Notes under the pieces: model-generated
Told to the model about the DNA's origin: nothing
Seen by the model: only the letters and a program-made list of their open reading frames with translations
Database searches by the model: none
Source of the DNA: an uncultured Pseudomonadales bacterium
GTDB lineage: Bacteria; Patescibacteriota; Microgenomatia; UBA1400; UBA1396
DNA: 64,000 nt
NCBI GenBank assembly: GCA_964511175.1
Contig: CAZEEI010000002.1
Coordinates: 66,063-130,062, forward strand
Reading direction: 5' to 3'
Shown here: positions 1 to 9,345 of the stretch, one piece after another
How positions within the stretch are numbered: the first letter of the stretch is position 1
Layout: every line of letters starts with the position of its first letter
Program-made: the position numbers and the translations under genes

Positions 1-1056
1 CGGGTCATGAAGATTTTGGTTTTGCCGCCGGACATCAACCGTTCCAGCGTTGGCTTCACTTTAGAAGAAAACCAAAAGTCACGTAATAATTTGGCTATCC
101 GTTTTGGTTTAGGGGCGATTAAAAATGTTGGTACCGCGGCAATTGAAGCTATTTTGGCTGCTCGGGAGCCGGGTGACTTCACTTCCGTAACTGACTTTTT
201 CCAGCGAGTAGATGCGCGTAAAGTTAATAAAAAAGTAGTCGAAAGTTTAGTACGGGTGGGAGGGTTTGACGTTTTTAGCACGCGCTCCAGCATTCTAGAA
301 AACTTAGAACAAATTCGCGCCACCGCCGCTCAATTTCAGAGTGGGATTGAGGGGCAGGATACTTTATTTACCGCCGCCGCCACCGTTACCAAAGTGGAAG
401 TCAAAGACACTTTTCCCCAATTGGCGGAGTACCCCCAAGCCGAACTGCTTTCTTACGAAAAAGAACTGTTAGGTTTCTATTTGACCGATCACCCGATGTC
501 GCGAGTGCTGAAACAAATTACCCAACAAGCAGAGCGCAAAATCGGTGACATTGATCCGGATATTCATCGCGACCAAACTTTAGTACTGGGCGGTATTTTA
601 ACCGGCATCAAACAAGTTAGGACTAAGAAGAATAATGACAAAATGGCTTTTGGCAACTTGGAAGACCAATCGGGTTCAATCCGGGTGGTGTGTTTCCCCA
701 AATGTTACAGTGTTTGCGAAAAATATTTTCAGAATGACGCTGCCGTACTAGTGCGCGGCAAGTTGGATATGCGGGATGACGAACCCCAAATTGTGGCGGA
801 AAAAGTTTGGTCGCCAGTGGTTAACGGTCAAGCGGTTGAGTCTGAACAAAAGAGTGTGGAGGTGACTATCCCCCGCGGTGTTAGCCAAGATAAATTACAG
901 AAGTTGGGCGATCTCTTAAAACATAGTCCCGGCGATACGCCAATTACTTTACTTATCCCGGCCGTTAATAATGATCACATTACTAAACTTAGGCTACCTT
1001 ATACCGTTAATTGGAATGATGAGTTGGCTAAGTATGTCCGGGAATTACTGGTATAG
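1..1056 (+). CDS. dnaE: DNA polymerase III alpha subunit, C-terminal approx. 350 aa (5' end lies outside the window)
   Basis: The reading frame is open from nt 1 (cgg gtc atg...). The translation aligns by eye with the E. coli DnaE C-terminal region (KILVLPPDINRS...AIKNVGTAAIEAILAAR...FTSVTDFFQRVDARKVNKKVVESLVRVGGFD), i.e. the HhH/OB/tau-binding tail. Confidence 0.8.
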   Translation, partial: RVMKILVLPPDINRSSVGFTLEENQKSRNNLAIRFGLGAIKNVGTAAIEAILAAREPGDFTSVTDFFQRVDARKVNKKVVESLVRVGGFDVFSTRSSILENLEQIRATAAQFQSGIEGQDTLFTAAATVTKVEVKDTFPQLAEYPQAELLSYEKELLGFYLTDHPMSRVLKQITQQAERKIGDIDPDIHRDQTLVLGGILTGIKQVRTKKNNDKMAFGNLEDQSGSIRVVCFPKCYSVCEKYFQNDAAVLVRGKLDMRDDEPQIVAEKVWSPVVNGQAVESEQKSVEVTIPRGVSQDKLQKLGDLLKHSPGDTPITLLIPAVNNDHITKLRLPYTVNWNDELAKYVRELLV

Positions 1057-2409
1057 CTCGCGACAGCCGCCTTCCAACCAAAGTGTATCCAAAGGCCAAC
1101 GTTGCTGACCGATAATAGCTAGCGCTTCGTCAAGTGTATAGGCTTCGGCATAACGAAAATCCTTATTTTTTTGAGCGTATTGACTAAGAATGTCGCGTAA
1201 AGATTGATTGGCCTGAGTGCGTAAAATAACTACGCCACTGGCTAAACCGATAATGTCACGGGCAAACTTAGTGTGTTCCTGCCGAGTAGTTTCGGGATCA
1301 AGCTCCACAAATCCAGCCGTAACAAGCGCCACTTTCCCAAGCGAAAGCGATGACCATAGTGGTTTAATCTCTTGCCAAGAACCAGGGTTGCTATTGTAAC
1401 TGTTGTCGATTACGGTAGTGCCGTTGGGATTATGGTGCACTTCTAAACGGCGCGGTGTGGGCGAGGCGTATTGCAGAGCACGAGTGATAGAGCCCAGTGT
1501 TGGATCGAGACTAAGCACAATGATTCCCGGCAAAGCGTTGACTAATTGATGCGTACCTAAGAGAGGAGTACTTATTTTAACTGTGGCGGCTGGTGTATGT
1601 AGTTGACCGCTCGTGCCGGCGATGGTTGATTTAATCTGGGTTAAGTGGAAAGGCGAGGTTGTATTCGTGCCATACCAGATGGTTTCAGCCGAGGGTTTAA
1701 AGACGTTTTGATTGCGATCGTCCACGATGAACAGAGTTGGTCGGTGGGGAGAGTCGGCAATTTCCTGAAAAGATTGTTGTAGTTGTTTTTCTGAACCAAA
1801 GTGGGCTAAGTGGGCAAAACCCAGCGGTGTAATTACCGCGATATCCGGCCGAATGAACCCAGTTAAACGAGCAATATCACCTGGTTTTTGTTCGCCAAAC
1901 TCGACGATGAGGGCGGCGTGTTTAGGAGTTAGTTGCTGTCGAATAATACCAGCGATGCCGAGTGGTGTGTTGACACTCTCTGGCGTCATTAGGGTGTAGT
2001 GGTGAATCGAAAGCAAGTGGTGCAGTAAATGTTTAACCGATGTCTTGCCGTAACTGCCAACTACAGCAATAACGGTCAGACCGTTGGCTTGCAGGTGATG
2101 CAGGCGCTGCGCCGCGCGCCAAAGAAGCCAGCTTTTCAGGATTTTTTCCGGTAATTGCACTAAATTGGTGCTAAACACCACCGCGCGCGGCGCACCCACT
2201 AGTGGTGCCAACCAAACCGCTAGTGAACGGATTAATTTCAGTTTAGCTGTCCAGCGTTCCGGTTCGGCTTGATTAACGTGCTGCCAATCAACATCACTAC
2301 GTGGTTGTCTAATCCAGGCTCGAAAAACAGTCAGGTCATATTCAGATTGTTGCAGGATAGCCAGGAGTGCAATTAAGCGGTACTTCATAAACCGTGTGCC
2401 TCCAACCAA
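1045..2409 (-). CDS. Mur ligase family protein (MurF-like UDP-MurNAc-peptide ligase)
   Basis: P-loop of the Mur ligase central domain (IAVVGSYGKTSVKHLL) and the overall length fit. The exact paralogue (MurF versus another Mur ligase) cannot be decided from sequence alone. Confidence 0.55.
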   Translation of the reverse strand: MVGGTRFMKYRLIALLAILQQSEYDLTVFRAWIRQPRSDVDWQHVNQAEPERWTAKLKLIRSLAVWLAPLVGAPRAVVFSTNLVQLPEKILKSWLLWRAAQRLHHLQANGLTVIAVVGSYGKTSVKHLLHHLLSIHHYTLMTPESVNTPLGIAGIIRQQLTPKHAALIVEFGEQKPGDIARLTGFIRPDIAVITPLGFAHLAHFGSEKQLQQSFQEIADSPHRPTLFIVDDRNQNVFKPSAETIWYGTNTTSPFHLTQIKSTIAGTSGQLHTPAATVKISTPLLGTHQLVNALPGIIVLSLDPTLGSITRALQYASPTPRRLEVHHNPNGTTVIDNSYNSNPGSWQEIKPLWSSLSLGKVALVTAGFVELDPETTRQEHTKFARDIIGLASGVVILRTQANQSLRDILSQYAQKNKDFRYAEAYTLDEALAIIGQQRWPLDTLWLEGGCRELYQ

Positions 2410-3152
2410 CTCAGAATTAGTGGTGTTCGTTCCTGGTGGGGGAAGTGGCCAGCTTGAGGTACCACAAAGACGTCGCTATGGTTAGCAATTGTGGCAAACT
2501 CATAAGCCATCCACAGAGGTGTGGCTTGATCATTAGCTCCCCAGGCTAAGTGCAGCGGCAAATCCTGTGTCTGAGTGTTTAGGCGAATATCTTCAAGCAA
2601 AATGTGGTTCAAAGTTTCCTCTTGGAAGGAATTGGCGGCATAGTAGTCAGTCTCGTGTAGGAGGCGGGTGTAAAGAGTGCGACGCAATTGAGCTAGTGCG
2701 CCGCGCTTGAGCTGGCGCGGCACCACACGGATTGCTGACCGCAGCGCGCGGCGCCCCCAAGGCAATTCATTAGTAATACCAGAGGGATCCAATAGAAAGA
2801 AACCTTTGGTAACGACTGGTAAGGCAACATTTTCACCCCACCAGCCGAAAGCCGCCAGTTTTCCGCCCAAGGAGTGTCCTAAAACACCAGTCAATGTTTC
2901 AATTTTGAGTTCCGCCAAAAAAGCAGCTAACCACACCTGGTACTTACTCATATCCCAGCCAGTGTTTGGCGACTGCGACTGACCAAATCCGGGCAGATCA
3001 GGGATAATCAAGCGGTGGCGACGACTCAGCTCAGGGATTAAAGGTGCCCAAGCTTCCCAGTTATTATTCCAACCGTGAAGCAGTAGCAGAGTACTGGTAT
3101 GGCGGCCAATCGACTGGTAATAAGTAGAGAGATGATTAAGCTCAACGCGCAT
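2385..3152 (-). CDS. alpha/beta-fold hydrolase
   Basis: HGW..NW motif near the N-terminus, nucleophile-elbow-like GHSLGG, and an acid/His pair towards the C-terminus (AGH). Confidence 0.6.
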   Translation of the reverse strand: MRVELNHLSTYYQSIGRHTSTLLLLHGWNNNWEAWAPLIPELSRRHRLIIPDLPGFGQSQSPNTGWDMSKYQVWLAAFLAELKIETLTGVLGHSLGGKLAAFGWWGENVALPVVTKGFFLLDPSGITNELPWGRRALRSAIRVVPRQLKRGALAQLRRTLYTRLLHETDYYAANSFQEETLNHILLEDIRLNTQTQDLPLHLAWGANDQATPLWMAYEFATIANHSDVFVVPQAGHFPHQERTPLILSWLEAHGL

Positions 3153-3175
3153 AGGACTAAGCTTATTGTACAGGT

Positions 3176-4378
3176 TTACTCGTACCGCAGGGCTTCAATC
3201 GGCGAGAGATTGGCGGCTCGCTTAGCCGGTGCCGCGCCAAAGATCAATCCCACCGCGGTCGATACGCCAAAAGCCAACATCACCGCTTCCCAAGTAATTT
3301 TAGCCGGGAAATATGGCTGGATAATTAGAGCGCCAATAAAGGCAATTAATAAACCAATTAATCCGCCTAGTACGGAAAGCAGAGCCGCCTCGATCAGAAA
3401 CTGGAACATAATTAAATTAGGAGTAGCTCCCAGTGCTTTCCGCAAACCAATTTCGCGGGTACGTTCGGTTACTGAAACCAGCATGATGTTCATAATGCCG
3501 ATGCCACCCACTACCAGGGAAATAGCCGCAATACCGCCTAAACCAATGGTTAATACACCTAATATCTGATTAATGGTGCTAAGCATTTTAGCTTGGTCTA
3601 CCACACTAAACTCATCTTCCTTTAGAACTTTTAGCATGGTTTTTTCGATTCTTTTCTGGGCTTCTTCCACATAATCCTTGTCACGTACTTGAAGGGTAAA
3701 ATGGTCAATCAGTTCCGAATTAACAAGATCAAATAACGTGTGTAGGGGAAGAAAAACGTAATTATCTATTCCTTCTGCGCCAAAGCCGCCCTTTTCTTCT
3801 AAAACGCCGACTACCTTAAAAGTTTGACCCTCCAGCTTCATTTTTTTATTAACCGGATCAACGCTACCGAAAAGCTCCGTGGCCACCTTATGACCCAGAA
3901 CCGCAACCCGTTCTTTGCGCTCATCATCGGCGTCAGTAAACCACTGCCCTCGCGCTATTTTGATGTCACCAATGTCCTTATAATCAATAGTAATACCCAG
4001 TAAAGTAACCACTTTAGTAGTTTCGCGGTATTTGCCATCAGCGACGTTGGTCGCCGCCACCGCTCCATTACTCAGTAGATCGGAGTTTTCCCGTAGAATC
4101 ATGTTGAGGTAACGTGGTTTGAGTGTCGGCTTCATAGACTCAAGAAAGGTTGACTGACCAAAGCCACCACTTTCGCCAAAAGGGTTTCCTGGGACAACGT
4201 AAATGGTGTTGGTTCCTAAACTAGCGAATTGATCGGTAATGTAGGCCTGGAGACCGGTACCGATACTAGTTAACAGAACTACCGAGCCCACGCCGATCAC
4301 CACCCCCAGCATGGTTAAAAAGGAGCGGGTTTTATTAGCGAGTATGGCCTTCAGGGCGATTAGGACGATGTCTTTCAT
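3176..4378 (-). CDS. ABC transporter permease, MacB/FtsX-like
   Basis: An N-terminal TM helix, a large extracytoplasmic domain and then 3 C-terminal TM helices (FtsX-like fold). It overlaps the upstream ATPase gene by 4 nt. Confidence 0.7.
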   Translation of the reverse strand: MKDIVLIALKAILANKTRSFLTMLGVVIGVGSVVLLTSIGTGLQAYITDQFASLGTNTIYVVPGNPFGESGGFGQSTFLESMKPTLKPRYLNMILRENSDLLSNGAVAATNVADGKYRETTKVVTLLGITIDYKDIGDIKIARGQWFTDADDERKERVAVLGHKVATELFGSVDPVNKKMKLEGQTFKVVGVLEEKGGFGAEGIDNYVFLPLHTLFDLVNSELIDHFTLQVRDKDYVEEAQKRIEKTMLKVLKEDEFSVVDQAKMLSTINQILGVLTIGLGGIAAISLVVGGIGIMNIMLVSVTERTREIGLRKALGATPNLIMFQFLIEAALLSVLGGLIGLLIAFIGALIIQPYFPAKITWEAVMLAFGVSTAVGLIFGAAPAKRAANLSPIEALRYE

Positions 4379-5106
4379 TTTTTCTTCTTAGCTTGTTTAG
4401 CAGCCAGGTGCCGGAGCTCGGTCTGATTTTTTACTTTTTGATCACCCGTAACGTGGCCGTCTCTAAAGGTAATCAACCGGCGGGCCATTTCGGCGGTTTC
4501 CAGTTCGTGGGTGACCACAATGACGGTTTTACCTTCGTGGTATAGATCGCTCAACAACTTAATGATATCTTCACCGCTTTTGGAATCCAGGTTACCGGTG
4601 GGTTCGTCGGCAAAAATAATTGATGGATCATTAATGAGAGCCCGGGCAATGGCGACTCTTTGCTGCTGACCGCCGGAAAGTTGAGATGGTTGATTATTGA
4701 TCCGATCAGCCAAATCAACCTTAGCCAACATGGCCAGCGCGCGCTGCCGACGTTCACGGCTGGAAACACCGGCGTAAACCAGCGGCAAAGCCACGTTTTC
4801 CCAAGCGGAGGTGCGGGGTAGCAGGTTAAATTGCTGGAAGATGAAACCAATTTCGCGGTTTCGCAAGCGCGCCCGCTCAACTTCGTTGTATTCGGTTACT
4901 TTTTTGTCCTTAAGGTAAATTTCGCCGGTCGAAGGATGAGCCAACATACTGGCAATCTGCAGGAAAGTAGATTTGCCGGAACCGGAGGGACCCATGACTG
5001 CGACAAACTCACCCTCACCCACCGACAAGGAAATATCGTCGAGCGCCTTAATGGTAGTCTCGCCTAGAGTGTAGAGCTTGGAGACTTTCTCTAGTTGCAA
5101 CAGCAT
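4375..5106 (-). CDS. ABC transporter ATP-binding protein (MacB/LolD class)
   Basis: Walker A GPSGSGKST, ABC signature LSGGQQQRVAIARAL and Walker B IIFADEPTGNLD. Confidence 0.85.
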   Translation of the reverse strand: MLLQLEKVSKLYTLGETTIKALDDISLSVGEGEFVAVMGPSGSGKSTFLQIASMLAHPSTGEIYLKDKKVTEYNEVERARLRNREIGFIFQQFNLLPRTSAWENVALPLVYAGVSSRERRQRALAMLAKVDLADRINNQPSQLSGGQQQRVAIARALINDPSIIFADEPTGNLDSKSGEDIIKLLSDLYHEGKTVIVVTHELETAEMARRLITFRDGHVTGDQKVKNQTELRHLAAKQAKKKK

Positions 5107-5108
5107 GT

Positions 5109-6161
5109 TTACTCGGGTACCACGATTTCGTCTTGTTCACTCAGTCCAGAAGTAACCTCAATCTTGTCTTCATTTTCCAGTCCCGTGGTAATTTCCCTAT
5201 CTTCAGTAGTATCTGGGCCGGTTTTAACACTGACGTAGGTTTTACCATCACGTTGCTTGATGGCAATTAAAGGGATGGCCAGAACCGATTGGTGTGTATC
5301 GATCGTAATCGCTACATCGCCATTCATACCAATTTTGAATTGCTGTAATTGTGGGTCCTGCAGCGGAAATTCGACGATAAAAACCGTACCGGTAGTGGCT
5401 TGACTGCTGGTATAGGCAACATAAGTGATGGTGCTGGAAAAATCTTGATCCGGAAAAGCATCAAGAGAAATGTTAGCTGATTGGCCAATTTTCACCTGGC
5501 TGATATCAGCCTCATCTACAGCTGCTCGGAAGACTAAAGTCTTAGGGTTGACTACTTCAAAATAATCAGTGGCTAACAGTTGCACTCCTGGAACGAGAGT
5601 TGGCGTATGGGTTAGCAAACCATCCATTGGTGAAAACAGAGAAGTGTTTTTAATGGCGATATCGCGAATTTCCACATCGAGCACAGTGTTAGTTAGATCC
5701 CACTGCTCCTGATCTTTTTCCCGCCGTTCATTTTGGGGCAGGGCGCGATCCTTACTGTCGTCCAAGGTCTGGTCCCAGTCCCAGCGTTCCTGCATATAAG
5801 CATTAAGATCTTGCTGCAGTTCTTTTTGTAAAGTAGCTCGGTCAATAGTGGCAATGGTTTGGTACTTTTTGACAAATTCACCCTCTTTAGCGCCGACGTA
5901 AACTACTTTGCCGCCCGCAATAAAACGCAGGTTGGCTTTTTCCTTAGCATCGATTAGGCCGGATACCTCGAGAGTTTGAGTAATATCTTCAATCTGCGGC
6001 TTAGCAAAGATTAATTGGGGTTTACTTTTCTGCTGCTGCCGATACCGCCAAAAAACAACTAAACCGATGATAATAAGCAATGAAAGTAATAATTTCCAAT
6101 GCCGTTGAATGAAGGCTATAACCCATTTAAATGGTCGAATTAACAAATTAATCATAATCAT
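5109..6161 (-). CDS. HlyD-family periplasmic adaptor (membrane fusion protein)
   Basis: An N-terminal TM anchor, a coiled-coil-rich middle and a beta-barrel-like C-terminus. It is the first gene of a 3-gene operon with the ABC ATPase and permease. Confidence 0.6.
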   Translation of the reverse strand: MIMINLLIRPFKWVIAFIQRHWKLLLSLLIIIGLVVFWRYRQQQKSKPQLIFAKPQIEDITQTLEVSGLIDAKEKANLRFIAGGKVVYVGAKEGEFVKKYQTIATIDRATLQKELQQDLNAYMQERWDWDQTLDDSKDRALPQNERREKDQEQWDLTNTVLDVEIRDIAIKNTSLFSPMDGLLTHTPTLVPGVQLLATDYFEVVNPKTLVFRAAVDEADISQVKIGQSANISLDAFPDQDFSSTITYVAYTSSQATTGTVFIVEFPLQDPQLQQFKIGMNGDVAITIDTHQSVLAIPLIAIKQRDGKTYVSVKTGPDTTEDREITTGLENEDKIEVTSGLSEQDEIVVPE

Positions 6162-6251
6162 TTTCTACACAACAAACTGGTCGTGACCGACCAGATTGAT
6201 TATAACAACAAACGGTGATTGTAGCACAGTTGCTATACTGTGAAGGAGATT

Positions 6252-6695
6252 ATGAAACGGTTGCGCTTACTACTAGCCCTGCTCCTTACGATTGGCAGCG
6301 GCGCGCTTTTATGGTGGATACAGTTTTCGCCCCAGAATCCAAGTGCTTCTCTGGCTCAATTTAAACCTGTTTTGCCAGGTTGGCAGGAAACAATCAGTAA
6401 TGCGGATCAAACAGTGGCTCAAGGCATTCGCGAAGTTGCCGCTGGCCGGATAAAGTTGGGGGATATCCTACCCGTCACGGCTTGGCAGCAAGTTAGTAAC
6501 GCCACTTTGTCAGCTGAGATTGTTACTTCGCCGGACGAACTATGGCGAACTTGGCGCGAGCAGGGTAGTCAGGCGGTGTTGCAATCTTTAGGCAATAACG
6601 TCGAGTACAAAGTTAACGATGTTTCTGCCGCCACGGTTAACGAGGTGCGCTACCAGTACTGTAAGGGTGTAGTCGAAGAGTACGAGAAACATTAG
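6252..6695 (+). CDS. hypothetical secreted/membrane-anchored protein
   Basis: The ORF track starts at GTG 6240, but the ATG at 6252 is preceded by AAGGAG. There is a hydrophobic N-terminal signal-like segment (LLLALLLTIGSGALLWW). Confidence 0.4.
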   Translation: MKRLRLLLALLLTIGSGALLWWIQFSPQNPSASLAQFKPVLPGWQETISNADQTVAQGIREVAAGRIKLGDILPVTAWQQVSNATLSAEIVTSPDELWRTWREQGSQAVLQSLGNNVEYKVNDVSAATVNEVRYQYCKGVVEEYEKH

Positions 6696-6821
6696 GGTTA
6701 AGCCGAATCGGATTCGTTAGGTACAATATATCGAAATGGCCGAAACCAACAGTTGTACAACTATTGGTTTTACGGTTTTTTCACTCTACCTCAAGAGGGA
6801 AGCTCCCGCTATACTATACCC

Positions 6822-7922
6822 ATGATTCTGGATAAAACTCTTACCGATCGTTGGGATAGCGCCCAGCAAAAAGCACTCGATCTACAGCACTCGATTTCCC
6901 GTCAAGCCAAACACAATGAGCTAGCCGATTTACAAAAAGAAACTCTCCAACCTGATTTTTGGCAGGATCAGAGTCGAGCCGCCGCGATTAATCAGCAAAT
7001 TGCGGCCGCCCAAAATGAACTAGATATTTTAATCGAACAAGACCAATTATTAGCCGATATCCAAGCTTCACTGGAACTACTGGCTGAAGCCGCTGATGAA
7101 ACACTGCGTAGTGATGTGGCCAGACAGATAGGTCGGCTCGAAAAAATTAATAAAGAGATTGAATTAAAAACTTATTTAAACGGTCCCTATGATGCCAATG
7201 ACGCTATTTTAGCGATCCACGCCGGACAAGGTGGTACCGAGGCCATGGATTGGGCCAGCATGCTACAGCGGATGTATACCCGCTACTTTGAACGCCGCGG
7301 TTGGTCAGCGGAATTGATCGATGAAAACCAGGGAGAGGAAGCGGGGATCAAATCGGTAGCCTACCTAGTTTCGGCGCCTTATGCTTATGGTTATCTGAAG
7401 GGAGAAAAGGGAACCCACCGTTTAGTACGTCAAAGTCCTTTTAACGCGGATGCACTTCGTCAAACCTCTTTTGCCGGCGTGGAAGTGACGCCGGTTTTAC
7501 CAGAGGAAGATGCTTCGATTGAGCTTAGCCTGGACGACTTAGAGTGGCAGTTCACCCGCGCTGGCGGGCATGGCGGCCAAAACGTCAACAAGGTTAATAC
7601 CGCGGTGCGCCTAACTCACTTGCCCAGCGGCATTATTGTAGAAACACGTCAGGAGCGTAGCCAGGAACAGAATAAAAAATTGGCCCTTCAGTTACTAAAG
7701 GGTAAACTGGCCGAAAAACAGGAAGCGCAGCGCGAGCAAGAGCTAGCCGCCGTCAAGGGGATACATAAGCAGGCTTCGTGGGGAAACCAGATTCGCAATT
7801 ACGTTTTACACCCATATCATTTGGTTAAAGACACCCGCACCGAAGTTGAAACCAGCGATACCGCCGGAGTTTTAGATGGTGATTTGGACGAATTTATTTT
7901 TGCCGAAGTAACTCTTTTGTAA
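6822..7922 (+). CDS. prfB: peptide chain release factor 2
   Basis: GGQ motif ([13 protein letters not shown]) and the RF2-specific SPF motif (QSPFNA). The N-terminus MILDKTL... aligns with the RF2 N-terminus in a single frame. Confidence 0.85.
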   Translation: MILDKTLTDRWDSAQQKALDLQHSISRQAKHNELADLQKETLQPDFWQDQSRAAAINQQIAAAQNELDILIEQDQLLADIQASLELLAEAADETLRSDVARQIGRLEKINKEIELKTYLNGPYDANDAILAIHAGQGGTEAMDWASMLQRMYTRYFERRGWSAELIDENQGEEAGIKSVAYLVSAPYAYGYLKGEKGTHRLVRQSPFNADALRQTSFAGVEVTPVLPEEDASIELSLDDLEWQFTRAGGHGGQNVNKVNTAVRLTHLPSGIIVETRQERSQEQNKKLALQLLKGKLAEKQEAQREQELAAVKGIHKQASWGNQIRNYVLHPYHLVKDTRTEVETSDTAGVLDGDLDEFIFAEVTLL

Positions 7923-8603
7923 TTGGTCGCTCGCTGGTATATTGAATCCATGTCATTCAATCGCGTCTCACTTTCCCACAAAACTAGTGAAAAAACTAGC
8001 GATGAACCGGCCGAGAAACCGATTTCTTTTCGTTCGCGAGTGGTGATTGAACCGGACGGGGACGCGGCCATAACCGATCATTTTCAGGAGGTAGATAGCG
8101 ATATGTTCACTGGAGTTTCACGGCGGGTGGTAATTGGTGTACTAATTGCAGTCGTACTGCTGGGTACGGGTAGTGGCTATGGTGTAGCTCGCTTAATGGC
8201 TGCGGGTGGCGCAAATTATCAAGTAGAGACTTCAACGCCCGAGGAAGTGGAAAATAAGATTCAGGCCGGTGCCGTCTTTGGTGTACCAGACGAAAAAACC
8301 TTTAAGGATGATGCTGAAGGCGTCTTGATTAAAGGTGGTTTGTCCGGTGAGGGGTCGCATACCCTACTGCGCCCAGGTGGAGAATCACAGAACGTTTACC
8401 TAACTTCCTCCGTAGTTGATTTAGATCAGTTTGTGGATGCCCGCGTTCAGGTGTGGGGAGAAACTTTTAAAGGTCAAAAAGCCGGTTGGCTAATGGACGT
8501 TGGCCGCTTAGAAATTAAAGAACTAGCTGCAGCCAAGCCAGACTGGTACCAGGCCGATCAAGAAGAAAAAACCAGCCAAGAAGATCAAGAAAATAACGAG
8601 TAG
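7923..8603 (+). CDS. hypothetical membrane-anchored protein (start uncertain, possibly at internal MFTGVS)
   Basis: A single TM helix (VVIGVLIAVVLLGTGSGYGVARLMAAGG) is followed by a roughly 130-aa acidic extracytoplasmic region. Confidence 0.35.
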   Translation: MVARWYIESMSFNRVSLSHKTSEKTSDEPAEKPISFRSRVVIEPDGDAAITDHFQEVDSDMFTGVSRRVVIGVLIAVVLLGTGSGYGVARLMAAGGANYQVETSTPEEVENKIQAGAVFGVPDEKTFKDDAEGVLIKGGLSGEGSHTLLRPGGESQNVYLTSSVVDLDQFVDARVQVWGETFKGQKAGWLMDVGRLEIKELAAAKPDWYQADQEEKTSQEDQENNE

Positions 8604-8616
8604 TGGTGATACAACC

Positions 8617-9345
8617 ATGGTCAAGTTCGAAAAGGTTAGCAAGATTTTTGCCAATGGTTATATCGGTTTGCAGGACGTTTCCTTTATCATTGAGCCTCAG
8701 ACCTTAACTTATTTAGTCGGTGAGTCTGGCGCGGGCAAAACTACCTTGATGCGCCTATTGATTCGGGAAATGCCGGTTTCGGAAGGGGAAATTTGGATTG
8801 ACGACTGGTCGGTGACACAGTTGCCTAACAAAGAAATACCGCACCTGCGCCGGAAAGTAGCGGTGGTTTTTCAAGACTACAAGTTAATAGCCGACCGCAA
8901 TGTTTGGGAGAATGTCGCCTTACCTCTGGAAATTGTCGGTACATCGGCGGCGGTTTTAAACCAGCAAGTGCAGGATGTTTTAGACCTAGTTGGCTTGGCT
9001 GATCGGGGCGACATGTTTCCTACCCAATTATCAGGGGGAGAGTTACAGAGAGTATCTTTAGCCCGTTCGCTAATTACTTCGCCTAAAGTTTTATTTGCCG
9101 ACGAACCAACCGGCAACTTAGATCCAAAAACCTCACGCGCCATTGGTGAGTTGCTCCACAAGATTAGTGAGTTGGGCACGACCGTCATTATTGCCACCCA
9201 CGATCAAGTCTTGCTGCAAGATTTTCCGGCCAGGGAACTCCATCTACATAAGGGCAAATTGGTCAAAGATACCGGCACACGATCTAAACCAGCTCCCGCC
9301 ACCCAATCCAAACAGCGGAAAAAAGAGAAAAAGGAAAAGTTATGA
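8617..9345 (+). CDS. ftsE: cell division ATP-binding protein FtsE
   Basis: Walker A GESGAGKTT, signature LSGGELQRVSLARSL, Walker B LFADEPTGNLD. It is followed by an FtsX-like permease with a 4-nt overlap. Confidence 0.85.
   Translation: MVKFEKVSKIFANGYIGLQDVSFIIEPQTLTYLVGESGAGKTTLMRLLIREMPVSEGEIWIDDWSVTQLPNKEIPHLRRKVAVVFQDYKLIADRNVWENVALPLEIVGTSAAVLNQQVQDVLDLVGLADRGDMFPTQLSGGELQRVSLARSLITSPKVLFADEPTGNLDPKTSRAIGELLHKISELGTTVIIATHDQVLLQDFPARELHLHKGKLVKDTGTRSKPAPATQSKQRKKEKKEKL

Noticed and set aside
4551-5067. Antisense/alternate-frame ORFs inside the ABC ATPase gene
   Set aside because: They are embedded within a gene with clear Walker/signature motifs and have no independent support.
6700-6830. 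Searched for the prfB programmed frameshift site (CTT TGA C after a short upstream ORF)
   Set aside because: It is not present. The upstream in-frame segment (MAETNSCTT...) has no RF2 similarity and ends with CCA TGA, so a non-frameshifted prfB starting at 6822 is preferred.
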